10,197 bases of DNA from a virus, in UHGV virus genome UHGV-0383075; one strand, 5' to 3'. The translations under genes were made by a program, and so were the position numbers. Numbering within the stretch: position 1 is the first letter of the stretch; the number at the start of each line of letters is the position of its first letter. The notes under the pieces are model-generated. The model made no database searches and was not told the DNA's origin. It saw nothing but the letters and a program-made list of their open reading frames with translations. Positions 1 to 8,204 of this stretch are shown in pieces.

Positions 1-10
1 CCTAATAAAA

Positions 11-37
11 AACCGCGTTTACACGCGGTTTTTATTT
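11..37 (+). terminator. Intrinsic (rho-independent) terminator, possibly bidirectional
   Basis: Perfect 8-bp stem AACCGCGT (11-18) / ACGCGGTT (23-30) with loop TTAC, followed by TTTATTT (31-37) and preceded by an A-tract (6-10). It lies directly upstream of the RBS (GAGGTG ~38-43) of the first tail gene. Confidence 0.55.
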
Positions 38-48
38 GAGGTGACGGC

Positions 49-1422
49 ATGGATTTTTCTCATATTTCTTCGTACCTATCCTCTGATTCTCGAAGTGGCT
101 GGCGTGAAAAGCTACTTGAAGCATCATTTCGAGGTGTGCCGTTTAAGGTTGAAGAAGAAAGTGCGGGAACCGGTCGCCGTGTGGAAACACATGAATACCC
201 GAACCGCGACAAGCCCTATACCGAAGATCTGGGAAAAGTCACTTTCCGCCCGTCCATCACAGCTTATGTGGTGGGAGATGACTGCTTTGACCAGCGCGAT
301 CGCCTGATTGACGCGCTGAATAAACCCGGTCCCGGCACGCTTGTCCACCCGACATATGGTGAGCTGAAAGTCTGTGTTGACGGGGAAGTTCGGGTCAGCA
401 CATCGAAAAGTGAAGGGCGTATTGTCCGCTTTGACCTGAAGTTTGTCGAAGCAGGAGAACTCTCTTACCCCACATCAGGTGCGGCGACGGCGCAGACGCT
501 GATGTCATCCTGTTCTGCACTGGATGACTGCATCAGTGACAGCTTCAGCGGTTTCAGTATCGATGGTGTGGCGGATTTCGTGCAGAACGACGTTATCGGT
601 AATGCCAGCATAATGCTGGGGTATGTTTCTGATGCGATGAAAGTGGTGGATTCTGCCGTATCGGATGCCGCCAGGCTGTTGCAGGGGGATATCTCGGTAC
701 TTCTGCCGCCGCCATCGTCAGGCAAAAATTTCGTTGAGCAGGTGCAGAAAATGTGGCGTACCGGGAAACGCCTTTATGGTAACACCAGCGACCTGGTCAC
801 CATGATCAAAACGCTTTCCGGTGTCAGCCTCGGCAGCGATCTGCAACCGCGCGGCGTCTGGAAAACGGACAGTAAAACCACCGCCACGGCGACGCAGCAG
901 CGTAACGTGGTTGCCAGCACCCTTCGTACGACCGCAATCAGCGAAGCGGCGTATGCCGTCACCCTATTGCCTGCGCCAACAACTTCCGCGGTGATGCAGA
1001 ATGCCGCAGTGGGGCCGTCAACAACACCCGCGCAGAGCACCGGCTGGCCTTCCGTCACGCATCCGGCACTGGACAATGCACCAGCGGTGAAAAACACGGT
1101 TGATCTGCCAACGTGGGAAGAACTGACTGACATTCGCGACACACTGAATACGGCAATTGATAAGGAGTTGTCCCGTACAACCAGTGATGCGCTGTTTCTG
1201 GCGCTGCGCCGGGTGAAAGCAGATCTGAATGCGGATATCAACACGCGCCTTGAACAGTCTGCACGGATCATTCAGCGCACACCGGATGAGGTTTTACCCG
1301 CGCTGGTGCTGGCGGCGACCTGGTTTGATAACGCGGCGCGTGACGCGGACATTATCCGGCGTAATGCCATTACGCATCCCGGCTTTGTGCCGGTGATCCC
1401 TCTGAAGGTGCCAGTGCAATGA
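49..1422 (+). CDS. Mu gp43 (N)-like tail protein, DNA circulation protein family
   Basis: 457-aa ORF with GAGGTG RBS 5 nt upstream of the ATG. The N-terminal pattern ASFRGVPF.V...GRRVETHEYPNRDKPYTEDLGK matches my recollection of the DNA-circulation N-terminal domain of Mu N. It sits immediately before a gp44-like gene as in Mu, and its stop overlaps the next start (ATGA). Confidence 0.65.
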   Translation: MDFSHISSYLSSDSRSGWREKLLEASFRGVPFKVEEESAGTGRRVETHEYPNRDKPYTEDLGKVTFRPSITAYVVGDDCFDQRDRLIDALNKPGPGTLVHPTYGELKVCVDGEVRVSTSKSEGRIVRFDLKFVEAGELSYPTSGAATAQTLMSSCSALDDCISDSFSGFSIDGVADFVQNDVIGNASIMLGYVSDAMKVVDSAVSDAARLLQGDISVLLPPPSSGKNFVEQVQKMWRTGKRLYGNTSDLVTMIKTLSGVSLGSDLQPRGVWKTDSKTTATATQQRNVVASTLRTTAISEAAYAVTLLPAPTTSAVMQNAAVGPSTTPAQSTGWPSVTHPALDNAPAVKNTVDLPTWEELTDIRDTLNTAIDKELSRTTSDALFLALRRVKADLNADINTRLEQSARIIQRTPDEVLPALVLAATWFDNAARDADIIRRNAITHPGFVPVIPLKVPVQ

Positions 1423-2498
1423 ACGATAACGTCACGCTACGGGTAAATGGCCGGGAGTGGAATGGCTGGACATCGGTGCGCATCGGTGCCGGTATTGAAC
1501 GGCTGGCGCGGGATTTCAGTGTGGAGATCACCCGCCAGTGGCCGGGAGATGAGGGTATCACCACGCTTCAGCCGCGCATTAAAAACGGTTCAAAAGTGGA
1601 AGTGCTGATTGGTGATGAGCTGGTGATCACCGGCTGGGTGGAGGCGACTCCCGTTCGTTACGATGCCCGTTCGGTCAGCACCGGTATTGCCGGACGCAGT
1701 CTGACCGCTGACCTGATTGATTGTGCAGCCGAACCGACACAGTTTAACGGACGATCGCTGGTACAGATTGCGCAGGCGCTTGCTGCGCCTTTCGGCATTG
1801 AGGTGGTGAACAGCGGTGCGCCGTCGGGTGTTATTCCTGATGTCCAGCCTGATCACGGTGAAACGGTGATCGAGGTGATCAACAAAATACTCGGTCAGCA
1901 GCAGGCACTGGCTTACGACGATCCGCACGGCAGGCTGGTGATTGGCGGTATTGGCTCAACGCGGGCACATACCGCGCTGGTACTTGGGGAAAACATCCTT
2001 TCCTGCGATACGGAGAAGAGTATCCGGGAGCGGTTTTCAGTTTACCAGGTGGCGGGGCAGTGTGCCGGAAACGACGATGATTTCGGTGAGGCCACCACCA
2101 CCGCGCTGCGGGCCCGCACAGAGGACGCATTTATTGCCCGTTACCGTCCGATGTATATCAGGCAGACAGGGCAGGCTACGGGGGCAGGCTGTATTGCCCG
2201 TGCTGACTTTGAAGCCCGACAACGGGCGGCGCGGACGGATGAAACCACCTATGTGGTGCAGGGCTGGCGACAGGGTAACGGTACGCTGTGGCAGCCCAAC
2301 CAGCGGGTGATTGTCTTCGATCCGGTCTGTGGTTTCGACAATACCGAACTGCTTGTCTCGGAAGTCACGTTTACTCAGGACCAGAACGGCACCCTGACGG
2401 AAATCCGTGTCGGCCCGCCTGATGCTTATCTGCCTGAACCCGAAGCCCCCGGCGCGCGGAAAAAGAAAAAAGCCAGAGTACAGGAGGACCCGTTCTGA
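1419..2498 (+). CDS. Mu gp44 (P)-like baseplate hub protein (phage late control D / gpD-like family)
   Basis: 359-aa ORF in the Mu-order position after the gp43-like gene. Start overlaps the upstream stop (ATGA) and its stop overlaps the next start (TGATG). Size and position fit the baseplate hub; family assignment is by synteny and size rather than an explicit motif. Confidence 0.55.
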   Translation: MNDNVTLRVNGREWNGWTSVRIGAGIERLARDFSVEITRQWPGDEGITTLQPRIKNGSKVEVLIGDELVITGWVEATPVRYDARSVSTGIAGRSLTADLIDCAAEPTQFNGRSLVQIAQALAAPFGIEVVNSGAPSGVIPDVQPDHGETVIEVINKILGQQQALAYDDPHGRLVIGGIGSTRAHTALVLGENILSCDTEKSIRERFSVYQVAGQCAGNDDDFGEATTTALRARTEDAFIARYRPMYIRQTGQATGAGCIARADFEARQRAARTDETTYVVQGWRQGNGTLWQPNQRVIVFDPVCGFDNTELLVSEVTFTQDQNGTLTEIRVGPPDAYLPEPEAPGARKKKKARVQEDPF

Positions 2499-3046
2499 TG
2501 AGTACGATTGAAGCCATGCAGCGACAACTCCTCGGCCTGATTGGGCGGGCAGTGGTGAAAAGCATCAGTGCCGCCACGAAATGTCAGACCGTGGATGTGT
2601 CCCTGATTGCCGGTGAACCCAAAGCCGGGGTTGAACATCTTGAACCCTACGGTTTTACCGCAAGGGCAAACAGCGGTGCGGAAGCGGTGGTGTTGTTTCC
2701 GGATGGCGACCGTTCTCATGCGGTGGTTGTTACGGTGTCGGACCGGCGCTACCGCCTGAAAGGGCTGCAGACGGGTGAGGTGGCTGTCTATGACGATCAG
2801 GGGCAGTCCGTGACGCTGACCCGGGAGGGGATCGTGGTGGACGGTGCTGGTAAAACGATCACGTTTCGCAATTCACCTAAAGCACGTTTTGAAATGGACC
2901 TGGAAGTGACAGGACAGGTGAAAGACCTGTGCGACTCCGGCGGCACCACCATGTCAGCGATGCGGCTTGCCTATAACGGGCATCGTCACAGAGAGAACGG
3001 TCAGGGCAGTAACACCGACAAACCTGATAAAGCGATGGAGGCATGA
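2498..3046 (+). CDS. Mu gp45-like baseplate assembly / spike protein (gpV-like)
   Basis: 182-aa ORF, translationally coupled on both sides (TGATG upstream, ATGATGG downstream). Size and position match Mu gp45; assigned by synteny. Confidence 0.5.
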   Translation: MSTIEAMQRQLLGLIGRAVVKSISAATKCQTVDVSLIAGEPKAGVEHLEPYGFTARANSGAEAVVLFPDGDRSHAVVVTVSDRRYRLKGLQTGEVAVYDDQGQSVTLTREGIVVDGAGKTITFRNSPKARFEMDLEVTGQVKDLCDSGGTTMSAMRLAYNGHRHRENGQGSNTDKPDKAMEA

Positions 3047-3471
3047 TGGAACTGTGGCTGACGGTGAACGGTAAACGCACCTGCGCCAGCGCACCGCTGG
3101 ATCCGCTGACCCGCGCCGTGGTGATTTCCCTGTTTACCTGGCGGCGGGCGGAGCCTGATGACAATGCCGACGTCCCGATGGGATGGTGGGGGGATACCTG
3201 GCCTGCGGTACAGAATGACCGTTACGGCTCCCGACTGTGGCTGCTTCAGCGCAGCAAACTGACCAATCAGCTGGTGCAGACGGTAAGGGGGTATATCCGC
3301 GAATGCCTGCAATGGATGATTGATGACGGCGTGGTGTCCCGTATTGATCTGGATATCCGCCGCACCGGGATTAATGAACTGGGTAACAGTATCACTCTCT
3401 GGCGTCGTGACGGACCGGTAATGATTTCTTTTGATGATCTGTGGAGTGCGATAACGCATGGCGGACAGTGA
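3043..3471 (+). CDS. Mu gp46-like baseplate protein (GP46 family)
   Basis: 142-aa ORF between the gp45-like and J-like genes, overlapping both neighbours. Size and position are as for Mu gp46. Confidence 0.5.
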   Translation: MMELWLTVNGKRTCASAPLDPLTRAVVISLFTWRRAEPDDNADVPMGWWGDTWPAVQNDRYGSRLWLLQRSKLTNQLVQTVRGYIRECLQWMIDDGVVSRIDLDIRRTGINELGNSITLWRRDGPVMISFDDLWSAITHGGQ

Positions 3472-4516
3472 ATTTCAGCGCCCGACGCTGGCAGAAAATA
3501 TCAGTATGCTCCGTAACGATTTATTCGCCAGGCTGGACGTCAGCGACACGCTCCGGCGCATGGATGAAGACGTGCGGGCAAAGGTGTATGCGGCGGCGCT
3601 GCATACGGTTTACGGTTACATCGATTATCTGGCAATGAACATGCTGCCTGACCTGTGCGATGAGTCCTGGCTGGCGCGACATGCTGCGATGAAACGGTGT
3701 CCGCGCAAGGGGGCCACGGCTGCCAGCGGGTATATGCGCTGGGAAGGTGTCAGCGATGGCCTGAAGGTGACCGCCGGGAGTGTTATTCAGCGCGATGACC
3801 TGGTTCAGTACACGGCAACTGCTGATGCAACCAGCTCCGGTGGTGTCCTGCGCGTGCCGATCGCCTGCTCAAGTGCAGGCGCGGTCGGTAACGCTGACGA
3901 CGGTACGGCATTAATCCTGGTCACGCCGGTGAATGGTCTGCCGTCTTCCGGTGTTGCAGATACCCTGACTGGCGGATTCGATACTGAAGATCTGGAAACG
4001 TGGCGCGCCCGCGTCATTGAGCGGTATTACTGGACGCCTCAGGGCGGGGCTGATGGGGACTATGTTGTCTGGGCTAAAGAAGTGCCCGGCATTACCCGTG
4101 CATGGACATACCGCCACTGGATGGGAACGGGGACTGTCGGTGTGATGATTGCCGGCAGTGACCTGATTAATCCCATTCCGGAAGAATCAACGGAAACGGC
4201 AGCAAGACAACATATCGGGCCACTGGCCCCGGTGGCAGGCTCTGATTTGTATGTATTCAGGCCGGTGGCACATACGGTGGATTTTCATATCCGCGTGACG
4301 CCGGACACACCAGAAATACGGGCTGCCATTACCGCGGAGTTGCGTTCGTTCCTGCTGCGTGATGGTTATCCGCAGGGAGAACTGAAGGTGTCACGTATCA
4401 GTGAAGCGATTTCCGGTGCGAACGGGGAATACAGCCATCAGTTGCTTGCACCGGCAGACAATATCTCCATTGCAAAAAATGAACTGGCGGTACTGGGGAC
4501 GATTTCATGGACGTGA
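3458..4516 (+). CDS. Baseplate J-like protein (Mu gp47-like)
   Basis: 352-aa ORF, typical length for Baseplate_J proteins, located between gp46-like and gp48-like genes and overlapping the downstream gene by 10 nt. Confidence 0.6.
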   Translation: MADSEFQRPTLAENISMLRNDLFARLDVSDTLRRMDEDVRAKVYAAALHTVYGYIDYLAMNMLPDLCDESWLARHAAMKRCPRKGATAASGYMRWEGVSDGLKVTAGSVIQRDDLVQYTATADATSSGGVLRVPIACSSAGAVGNADDGTALILVTPVNGLPSSGVADTLTGGFDTEDLETWRARVIERYYWTPQGGADGDYVVWAKEVPGITRAWTYRHWMGTGTVGVMIAGSDLINPIPEESTETAARQHIGPLAPVAGSDLYVFRPVAHTVDFHIRVTPDTPEIRAAITAELRSFLLRDGYPQGELKVSRISEAISGANGEYSHQLLAPADNISIAKNELAVLGTISWT

Positions 4517-5091
4517 CAAACGATGATTACATCCGTCTGTTGTCGGCACTGTTGCCCCCCGGTCCGGCGTGGTCAGCCAGCGATCCGTCGATTGCCGGTG
4601 CGGCACCGTCATTAACCCGCGTTCATCAGCGTGCGGATGCCCTGATGCGGGAGCTGGATCCGCGCACCACCACCGAACTGATAAATCGCTGGGAGCGTCT
4701 GTGCGGCCTGCCGGATGAATGTATTCCCGCTGGGACACAGACCCTTCGCCAGCGTCAGCAACGGCTGGATGCGAAGGTTAACCTGGCGGGTGGCATCAAC
4801 GAGGATTTTTATCTTGCACAGCTTGCTGCCCTGGGCAGACCAGATGCCACCATCACGCGATACGACAAAAGCACCTTCACCTGCTCATCGGCCTGTACTG
4901 ACGCTGTGAACGCGCCGGAATGGCGGTATTACTGGCAGGTCAACATGCCAGCCGCCGCCAACACCACCTGGATGACATGTGGCGACCCCTGCGATTCCGC
5001 ACTGCGTATCTGGGGGGACACCGTTGTCGAATGTGTGCTTAACAAACTCTGCCCGTCGCATACCTACGTAATTTTTAAATATCCGGAGTAA
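4507..5091 (+). CDS. Mu gp48-like / YmfQ-like tail protein (DUF2313-type)
   Basis: 194-aa ORF, the same length as E. coli e14 YmfQ as I recall it, positioned immediately upstream of the tail fiber gene as in Mu-type tail modules. Confidence 0.55.
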   Translation: MDVTNDDYIRLLSALLPPGPAWSASDPSIAGAAPSLTRVHQRADALMRELDPRTTTELINRWERLCGLPDECIPAGTQTLRQRQQRLDAKVNLAGGINEDFYLAQLAALGRPDATITRYDKSTFTCSSACTDAVNAPEWRYYWQVNMPAAANTTWMTCGDPCDSALRIWGDTVVECVLNKLCPSHTYVIFKYPE

Positions 5092-5094
5092 TCC

Positions 5095-6141
5095 ATGCAT
5101 CGTATAGACACGAAAACCGCGCAGAAGGATAAGTTCGGCGCTGGTAAGAACGGTTTTACCCGTGGTAACCCCCAGACCGGCACGCCTGCCACCGATCTGG
5201 ATGATGACTACTTTGACATGTTGCAGGAAGAGCTTTGTGGCGTTGTTGAGGCATCCGGTGCCAGTCTGGAGAAGGCGCGGCACGACCAGCTGCTTACCGC
5301 ACTTCGTGCGCTGCTGTTAAGCCGCAAGAATCCGTTTGGCGATATCAAATCGGATGGCACTGTGCAAACGGCTCTCGAAAACCTTCAATTGCGAGAATCA
5401 TTCACAGGTGTGGTTGGTCAGGCCGTTAACCAGAAAATGAGCGTGGCAATAGCGTCGGCATCAGCAACATTCACCGCTGACCAGGTTATTGTTGGTGAGT
5501 CATTATCTGGCAAGCAGTACCGTGTAAGTTCGGTAAGCGAAACTATCAACCTCACCACGACTGGGGCGGGCGGGATGGATACAGGAGCAGCCCCTGCCAG
5601 TGGTTGGGTTGCTATTTACCTTATTTACAACCCAACGACCAACACCTCAGCATTACTTGGTGTTAACACGACAACCGTCGTTGCGCCTACAGTCTACGGC
5701 GGTGCAAACATGCCAGCGGGATATACGGCGAGCGCACTCGTATCCGTCTGGAGAACAACAAGCGGCTCTTTGCTTCTGAATGGGTACCAGCGAGGTCGAA
5801 AATTTTGCATCCCGCGTGTAGATGTACTGACCACAAGCAGTAACCCAGGACCATACTCACCAATCCCTCTTAGCGCAGCCGTACCGCTAAACGCTATAGC
5901 AGCGAGTGGTTACGCATTCTGTAACTCAGGCTCTGGTTCTGGGTTTGCGGTTTTGTCTGTCGGGTCTGATGCAAATGGGCTTGGGTATTTTCAGGTGTAT
6001 GCCGGGCTGGTTGGTTCGCTAGGGAGCGATATCTATTTTGAGAATACCCTCGCTGAACCTCAAAAACTTTACTACACGTTTACCTGGACAACGCCAGCAG
6101 TGTCAAATGCCACCATTGGGATAAGCGGTTATACGATCTAA
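5095..6141 (+). CDS. Tail fiber protein (Mu S-like conserved N-terminal region with divergent distal region)
   Basis: 348-aa ORF starting 3 nt after the gp48-like stop. The C-terminal two thirds are rich in Gly/Ser/Thr/Asn/Ala as in fiber distal domains. Base composition changes from GC-rich to AT-rich at about nt 5330-5350. Confidence 0.6.
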   Translation: MHRIDTKTAQKDKFGAGKNGFTRGNPQTGTPATDLDDDYFDMLQEELCGVVEASGASLEKARHDQLLTALRALLLSRKNPFGDIKSDGTVQTALENLQLRESFTGVVGQAVNQKMSVAIASASATFTADQVIVGESLSGKQYRVSSVSETINLTTTGAGGMDTGAAPASGWVAIYLIYNPTTNTSALLGVNTTTVVAPTVYGGANMPAGYTASALVSVWRTTSGSLLLNGYQRGRKFCIPRVDVLTTSSNPGPYSPIPLSAAVPLNAIAASGYAFCNSGSGSGFAVLSVGSDANGLGYFQVYAGLVGSLGSDIYFENTLAEPQKLYYTFTWTTPAVSNATIGISGYTI

Positions 6142-6148
6142 GGAGTGA

Positions 6149-6337
6149 ATGATGTCTGTTGTATATGTGCAGTTCTCGGATGAAAAAGAAACAGAAATCG
6201 TCTCTGTTTTTGCATCTCCAGCCGACCCGGATTACTACCATTTTCTTGGTGAAGTTGATGAATCTGATGAGAGATTGACAAACTTTTGGAAGCAATTCCC
6301 TCAGCATGGATTAGGATCTGGATCCTCCACGCCCTGA
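6149..6337 (+). CDS. Small hypothetical protein downstream of tail fiber (possible fiber chaperone remnant or cargo gene)
   Basis: 62-aa ORF (61 aa from the ATG at 6152) with a strong AGGAG RBS at 6141-6145. It is acidic, AT-rich, and sits where a tail fiber assembly gene would be expected, but it is too short and I do not recognise it as a Tfa protein. Confidence 0.35.
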   Translation: MMSVVYVQFSDEKETEIVSVFASPADPDYYHFLGEVDESDERLTNFWKQFPQHGLGSGSSTP

Positions 6338-6370
6338 ATGGGGCGCACTGGATAAAAAGTTTCCGGTCGG

Positions 6371-6416
6371 AGATAAATGAAACCGCAGCCACGTCGTATG
6401 CAAGAACGTGCTGCGG
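6371..6416 (-). terminator. Candidate terminator hairpin downstream of the dinI-like gene
   Basis: Imperfect stem CCGCAGCCACGT (6383-6394) / ACGTGCTGCGG (6406-6416) with an 11-nt loop. On the minus strand it is followed by a T-rich run (complement of 6371-6382, TTTCATTTATCT). The plus-strand tail is weak (TTGG). Confidence 0.3.
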
Positions 6417-6484
6417 TTGGCTGGTGAACTTCCGATAGTGCGAGTATTGAATGATTTCCAGCCGTTACCGATTTTACGTGTTAA

Positions 6485-6733
6485 TTAGTGAACAAACCAC
6501 TCGTCAGCAGATTCCCAGGTATCTTTCAGAGTCTCCTGAACAAAAGTTTTTGCAGAATCCTTATCTGCGGTGCGTGTAACAGAAAGGCCATCGTTGCTGG
6601 TGGCTTTTACGATCACCTCTACATCGTCATAACGTTTACTGATGCGTCGGGTTAATTCTTCCTTTAACGCATCCACAGCACCGGTTGGCATTTTAGTCAT
6701 TTTTTCTTTGGCTATGCAGATTTCAATACGCAT
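6485..6733 (-). CDS. dinI: DinI-family DNA damage-inducible protein
   Basis: 82-aa ORF beginning MRIE.CIAK...GA.DAL..EL.RRI and ending [16 protein letters not shown], which closely parallels E. coli DinI (about 81 aa) as I recall it. GAGGGA RBS 5 nt upstream of the ATG, with LexA boxes directly upstream. Confidence 0.85.
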   Translation of the reverse strand: MRIEICIAKEKMTKMPTGAVDALKEELTRRISKRYDDVEVIVKATSNDGLSVTRTADKDSAKTFVQETLKDTWESADEWFVH

Positions 6734-6746
6734 AAAAGTCCCTCTA

Positions 6747-6766
6747 TACTGTGTTTGTATACAGTA
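6747..6766 (-). promoter_or_regulatory. LexA box 1 (SOS operator)
   Basis: TACTGT-GTTTGTAT-ACAGTA, a perfect CTGT-N8-ACAG palindrome with TA flanks as in the E. coli LexA consensus, sited between the candidate -10 and the RBS of the dinI-like gene. Confidence 0.75.
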
Positions 6767-6768
6767 TT

Positions 6769-6798
6769 ATTTTTAACTGTATGGATAAACAGTGTCAA
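6769..6798 (-). promoter_or_regulatory. Candidate sigma70 promoter of the dinI-like gene
   Basis: On the minus strand there is a consensus -35 TTGACA (complement of 6793-6798, overlapping the int stop codon), a 17-18 nt spacer containing LexA box 2, then an A/T-rich -10 (TAAAAA/AAAAAT, about 6769-6775), followed directly by LexA box 1. Confidence 0.45.
6776..6795 (-). promoter_or_regulatory. LexA box 2 (SOS operator) abutting the int stop codon
   Basis: AACTGT-ATGGATAA-ACAGTG, again CTGT-N8-ACAG, 9 bp from box 1. It lies in the spacer of the candidate dinI promoter. Confidence 0.55.
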
Positions 6799-7892
6799 GA
6801 GGTCTTATTTCTGCTCCTTTGGAGCTCTTCAAAACGATTATGTAAAGATTTCGGATACAGTTCGGTATATACCTGCCATAGCACGTTTAATGAACGATGC
6901 CCTGTAACCTGGGCGACTTCCTCAATACTAAAACCAGCCTCAAATAAGCGACTTGCCCCTTCTCTACGCAAATCATGGTATCGCAGATCTTTAATACCTA
7001 ATTTGCTTCTTACCCTCTGGAATCCCGCAGTAACAGAAGTGCTGTTATATGGAAAAATGAATTCTGATTTTTTGGGTTGTCGTTGGACGATATCCCAGGC
7101 TTCCCCAAGCAAGGCTACTTTCATATGGTTGCCTTCCTTTTTACGTGGATCTTTCCTGTCTCTTACGAGTATGGATTTTTGTTCCTGATCGAGATCCTCC
7201 CATCGTAATCGGCATACTTCACCGATTCGCATACATGACCACACAGAAAATTTGAGGATATCAACGAACGGAATTTTTGAGCATTTATGTGTAGATCGTT
7301 GTTGAAGACCTTCAATGAGCATGTCCAGTTCATCAGATGCCGGTCTACGATTACGACGATTTGATTTACCAATTAAACCAAGTTTAAGTAGATATGGACG
7401 AGCGGCTTTTGCTGGGTTTGATGTGTAATTAATTCCATATACAGGTTTGGCAGCATCCAGAACACTGCCAAGATAACTAACATCGTGGCTAACTGTAGCT
7501 GGACCTGCACCAGCGTTGTTTCTTAGCCTGCAATGTTCAATTACGTCATTTTCTGTCAGTTCAGATAGTTTGATCGCGGAGATGTCACTATCCATAAGCA
7601 GTTCCAGCACATATCTTTTAGTACGGCCTGCTTTACCTCCGGCATTTGGGTCATTTAAATATTTGTGTAGTAAGTCACGGACTGTAAGTCCGTCAACTGC
7701 ATTTGATGATGGAATGCCATATAGATCTAATTCCATCACTTTCTGTGTGCCCCATGTTTTGGCATGAGCATGTTTAGGGAATGTTTTGCTTTCCCTGTAA
7801 GTGATAACACCTTTTTCTTTGATAATCACATTACAGCGATAGCGTGGTGTGCCATCGGATTTTAGTCGTTTCTCTATGTTATAGTACGCCAT
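6795..7892 (-). CDS. int: Tyrosine-type site-specific integrase with N-terminal arm-type DNA-binding domain
   Basis: 365-aa ORF with GAGG RBS 7 nt upstream of the ATG. C-terminal catalytic signatures are present: ...RIGEVCRLRWEDLD..., ...LRYHDLRREGASRL..., ...GHRSLNVLWQVYTELY. The N-terminal stretch IEKRLKSDGTPRYRCNVIIKEKGV..SKTFPKHAHAKTWGTQ resembles the arm-binding domain of phage and island integrases. Confidence 0.85.
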   Translation of the reverse strand: MAYYNIEKRLKSDGTPRYRCNVIIKEKGVITYRESKTFPKHAHAKTWGTQKVMELDLYGIPSSNAVDGLTVRDLLHKYLNDPNAGGKAGRTKRYVLELLMDSDISAIKLSELTENDVIEHCRLRNNAGAGPATVSHDVSYLGSVLDAAKPVYGINYTSNPAKAARPYLLKLGLIGKSNRRNRRPASDELDMLIEGLQQRSTHKCSKIPFVDILKFSVWSCMRIGEVCRLRWEDLDQEQKSILVRDRKDPRKKEGNHMKVALLGEAWDIVQRQPKKSEFIFPYNSTSVTAGFQRVRSKLGIKDLRYHDLRREGASRLFEAGFSIEEVAQVTGHRSLNVLWQVYTELYPKSLHNRFEELQRSRNKTS

Positions 7893-7911
7893 TACACGAC
7901 CTCGTTATTTC

Positions 7912-7948
7912 GGGTTCCCATAAAACGTGGGAACCTGTGCGGGAACCT
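7912..7948. repeat. GGGAACC repeat cluster A: 8-bp inverted repeat plus a direct copy, 20-55 bp upstream of the int start
   Basis: GGTTCCCA (7913-7920), 7-bp spacer TAAAACG, TGGGAACC (7928-7935), then a further direct copy GGGAACCT at 7941-7948. Confidence 0.6.
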
Positions 7949-8125
7949 AACGCGAGAAAAATAGCCTGAAATGTTCAAAAATGCACGATAATCATGAAGC
8001 ACAAAAAATTAATCAAACCAGCGTGATGCCTGAAAAAACTGGTGTTTACTGGAATTCTCGGTTTAGCATTGCTCCTATGCTCGATAGGATGTACCGTTTT
8101 TTAAAAACAACTAGTTATACACTTT

Positions 8126-8147
8126 GTGGGAGCCTATTGGGAACCTG
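8126..8147. repeat. GGGAACC repeat cluster B: two direct copies
   Basis: GGGAGCCT (8128-8135) and GGGAACCT (8139-8146). The 10-mer TGGGAACCTG at 8138-8147 is identical to 7928-7937 in cluster A. I did not see this motif elsewhere in the window. Confidence 0.55.
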
Positions 8148-8160
8148 AAGTTTTGCTCTT

Positions 8161-8180
8161 TCTATTCATATCTATTCATA
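8161..8180. repeat. Perfect 10-bp tandem direct repeat TCTATTCATA x2
   Basis: Exact duplication at 8161-8170 and 8171-8180, about 25 bp upstream of the candidate -35 of the toxin operon. Confidence 0.6.
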
Positions 8181-8204
8181 AAGCACCATTTGCTGCCTTA
8201 TCTG

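Noticed and set aside
2459-2475. A-rich tract GAAAAAGAAAAAAG encoding a Lys-rich C-terminal tail (ARKKKKARVQEDPF) of the gp44-like protein, considered as a programmed frameshift site
   Set aside because: Known tail-gene frameshifts occur between the chaperone genes upstream of the tape measure gene, not here. The next gene starts at an overlapping TGATG with no need for a frameshift, so this is most simply a basic C-terminal tail.
124-5283. Numerous 60-165-aa ORFs on the minus strand or in alternate plus frames inside the tail genes (for example 124..348, 465..725, 774..1271, 1370..1564, 1590..1928, 1879..2130, 1942..2310, 2037..2222, 2371..2577, 2426..2719, 2877..3164, 3001..3459, 3441..3638, 3805..4017, 3911..4117, 4505..4738, 4715..4909, 4885..5283)
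   Set aside because: They lie wholly within longer, syntenic, translationally coupled tail genes. They are rich in Arg/Pro/Cys as expected for out-of-frame or antisense reading of GC-rich coding DNA, and they lack convincing ribosome-binding sites.
6312-6325. Palindrome AGGATC-TG-GATCCT near the end of the 62-aa ORF
   Set aside because: A short palindrome containing a common restriction-site sequence; on its own this is not evidence of a regulatory site or of cloning-vector origin.
6080-6392. Minus-strand ORFs 6080..6307 and 6138..6392, antisense to the tail fiber 3' end and the small ORF
   Set aside because: No RBS, low-complexity translations, and overlap with a well-initiated plus-strand ORF; most likely spurious.
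6149-6800. Invertible G/P-type segment with a Gin/Pin serine invertase and alternative fiber C-termini
   Set aside because: Expected from Mu/e14 synteny, but there is no invertase-sized ORF and no pair of long inverted repeats flanking the fiber 3' region. The 62-aa ORF showed no resemblance to a resolvase/invertase N-terminus.
6751-7767. ORFs 6751..7188 (+), 7163..7372 (-) and 7516..7767 (+) overlapping the integrase gene
   Set aside because: They are antisense to, or in an alternate frame of, a full-length integrase with intact catalytic motifs. AT-rich DNA gives long open stretches by chance.
7981-8148. 55-aa ORF on the plus strand in the int-operon intergenic region
   Set aside because: No Shine-Dalgarno sequence, and it runs through the cluster B repeats. 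The region reads better as regulatory or attachment DNA, though a small protein or sRNA cannot be excluded without expression data.
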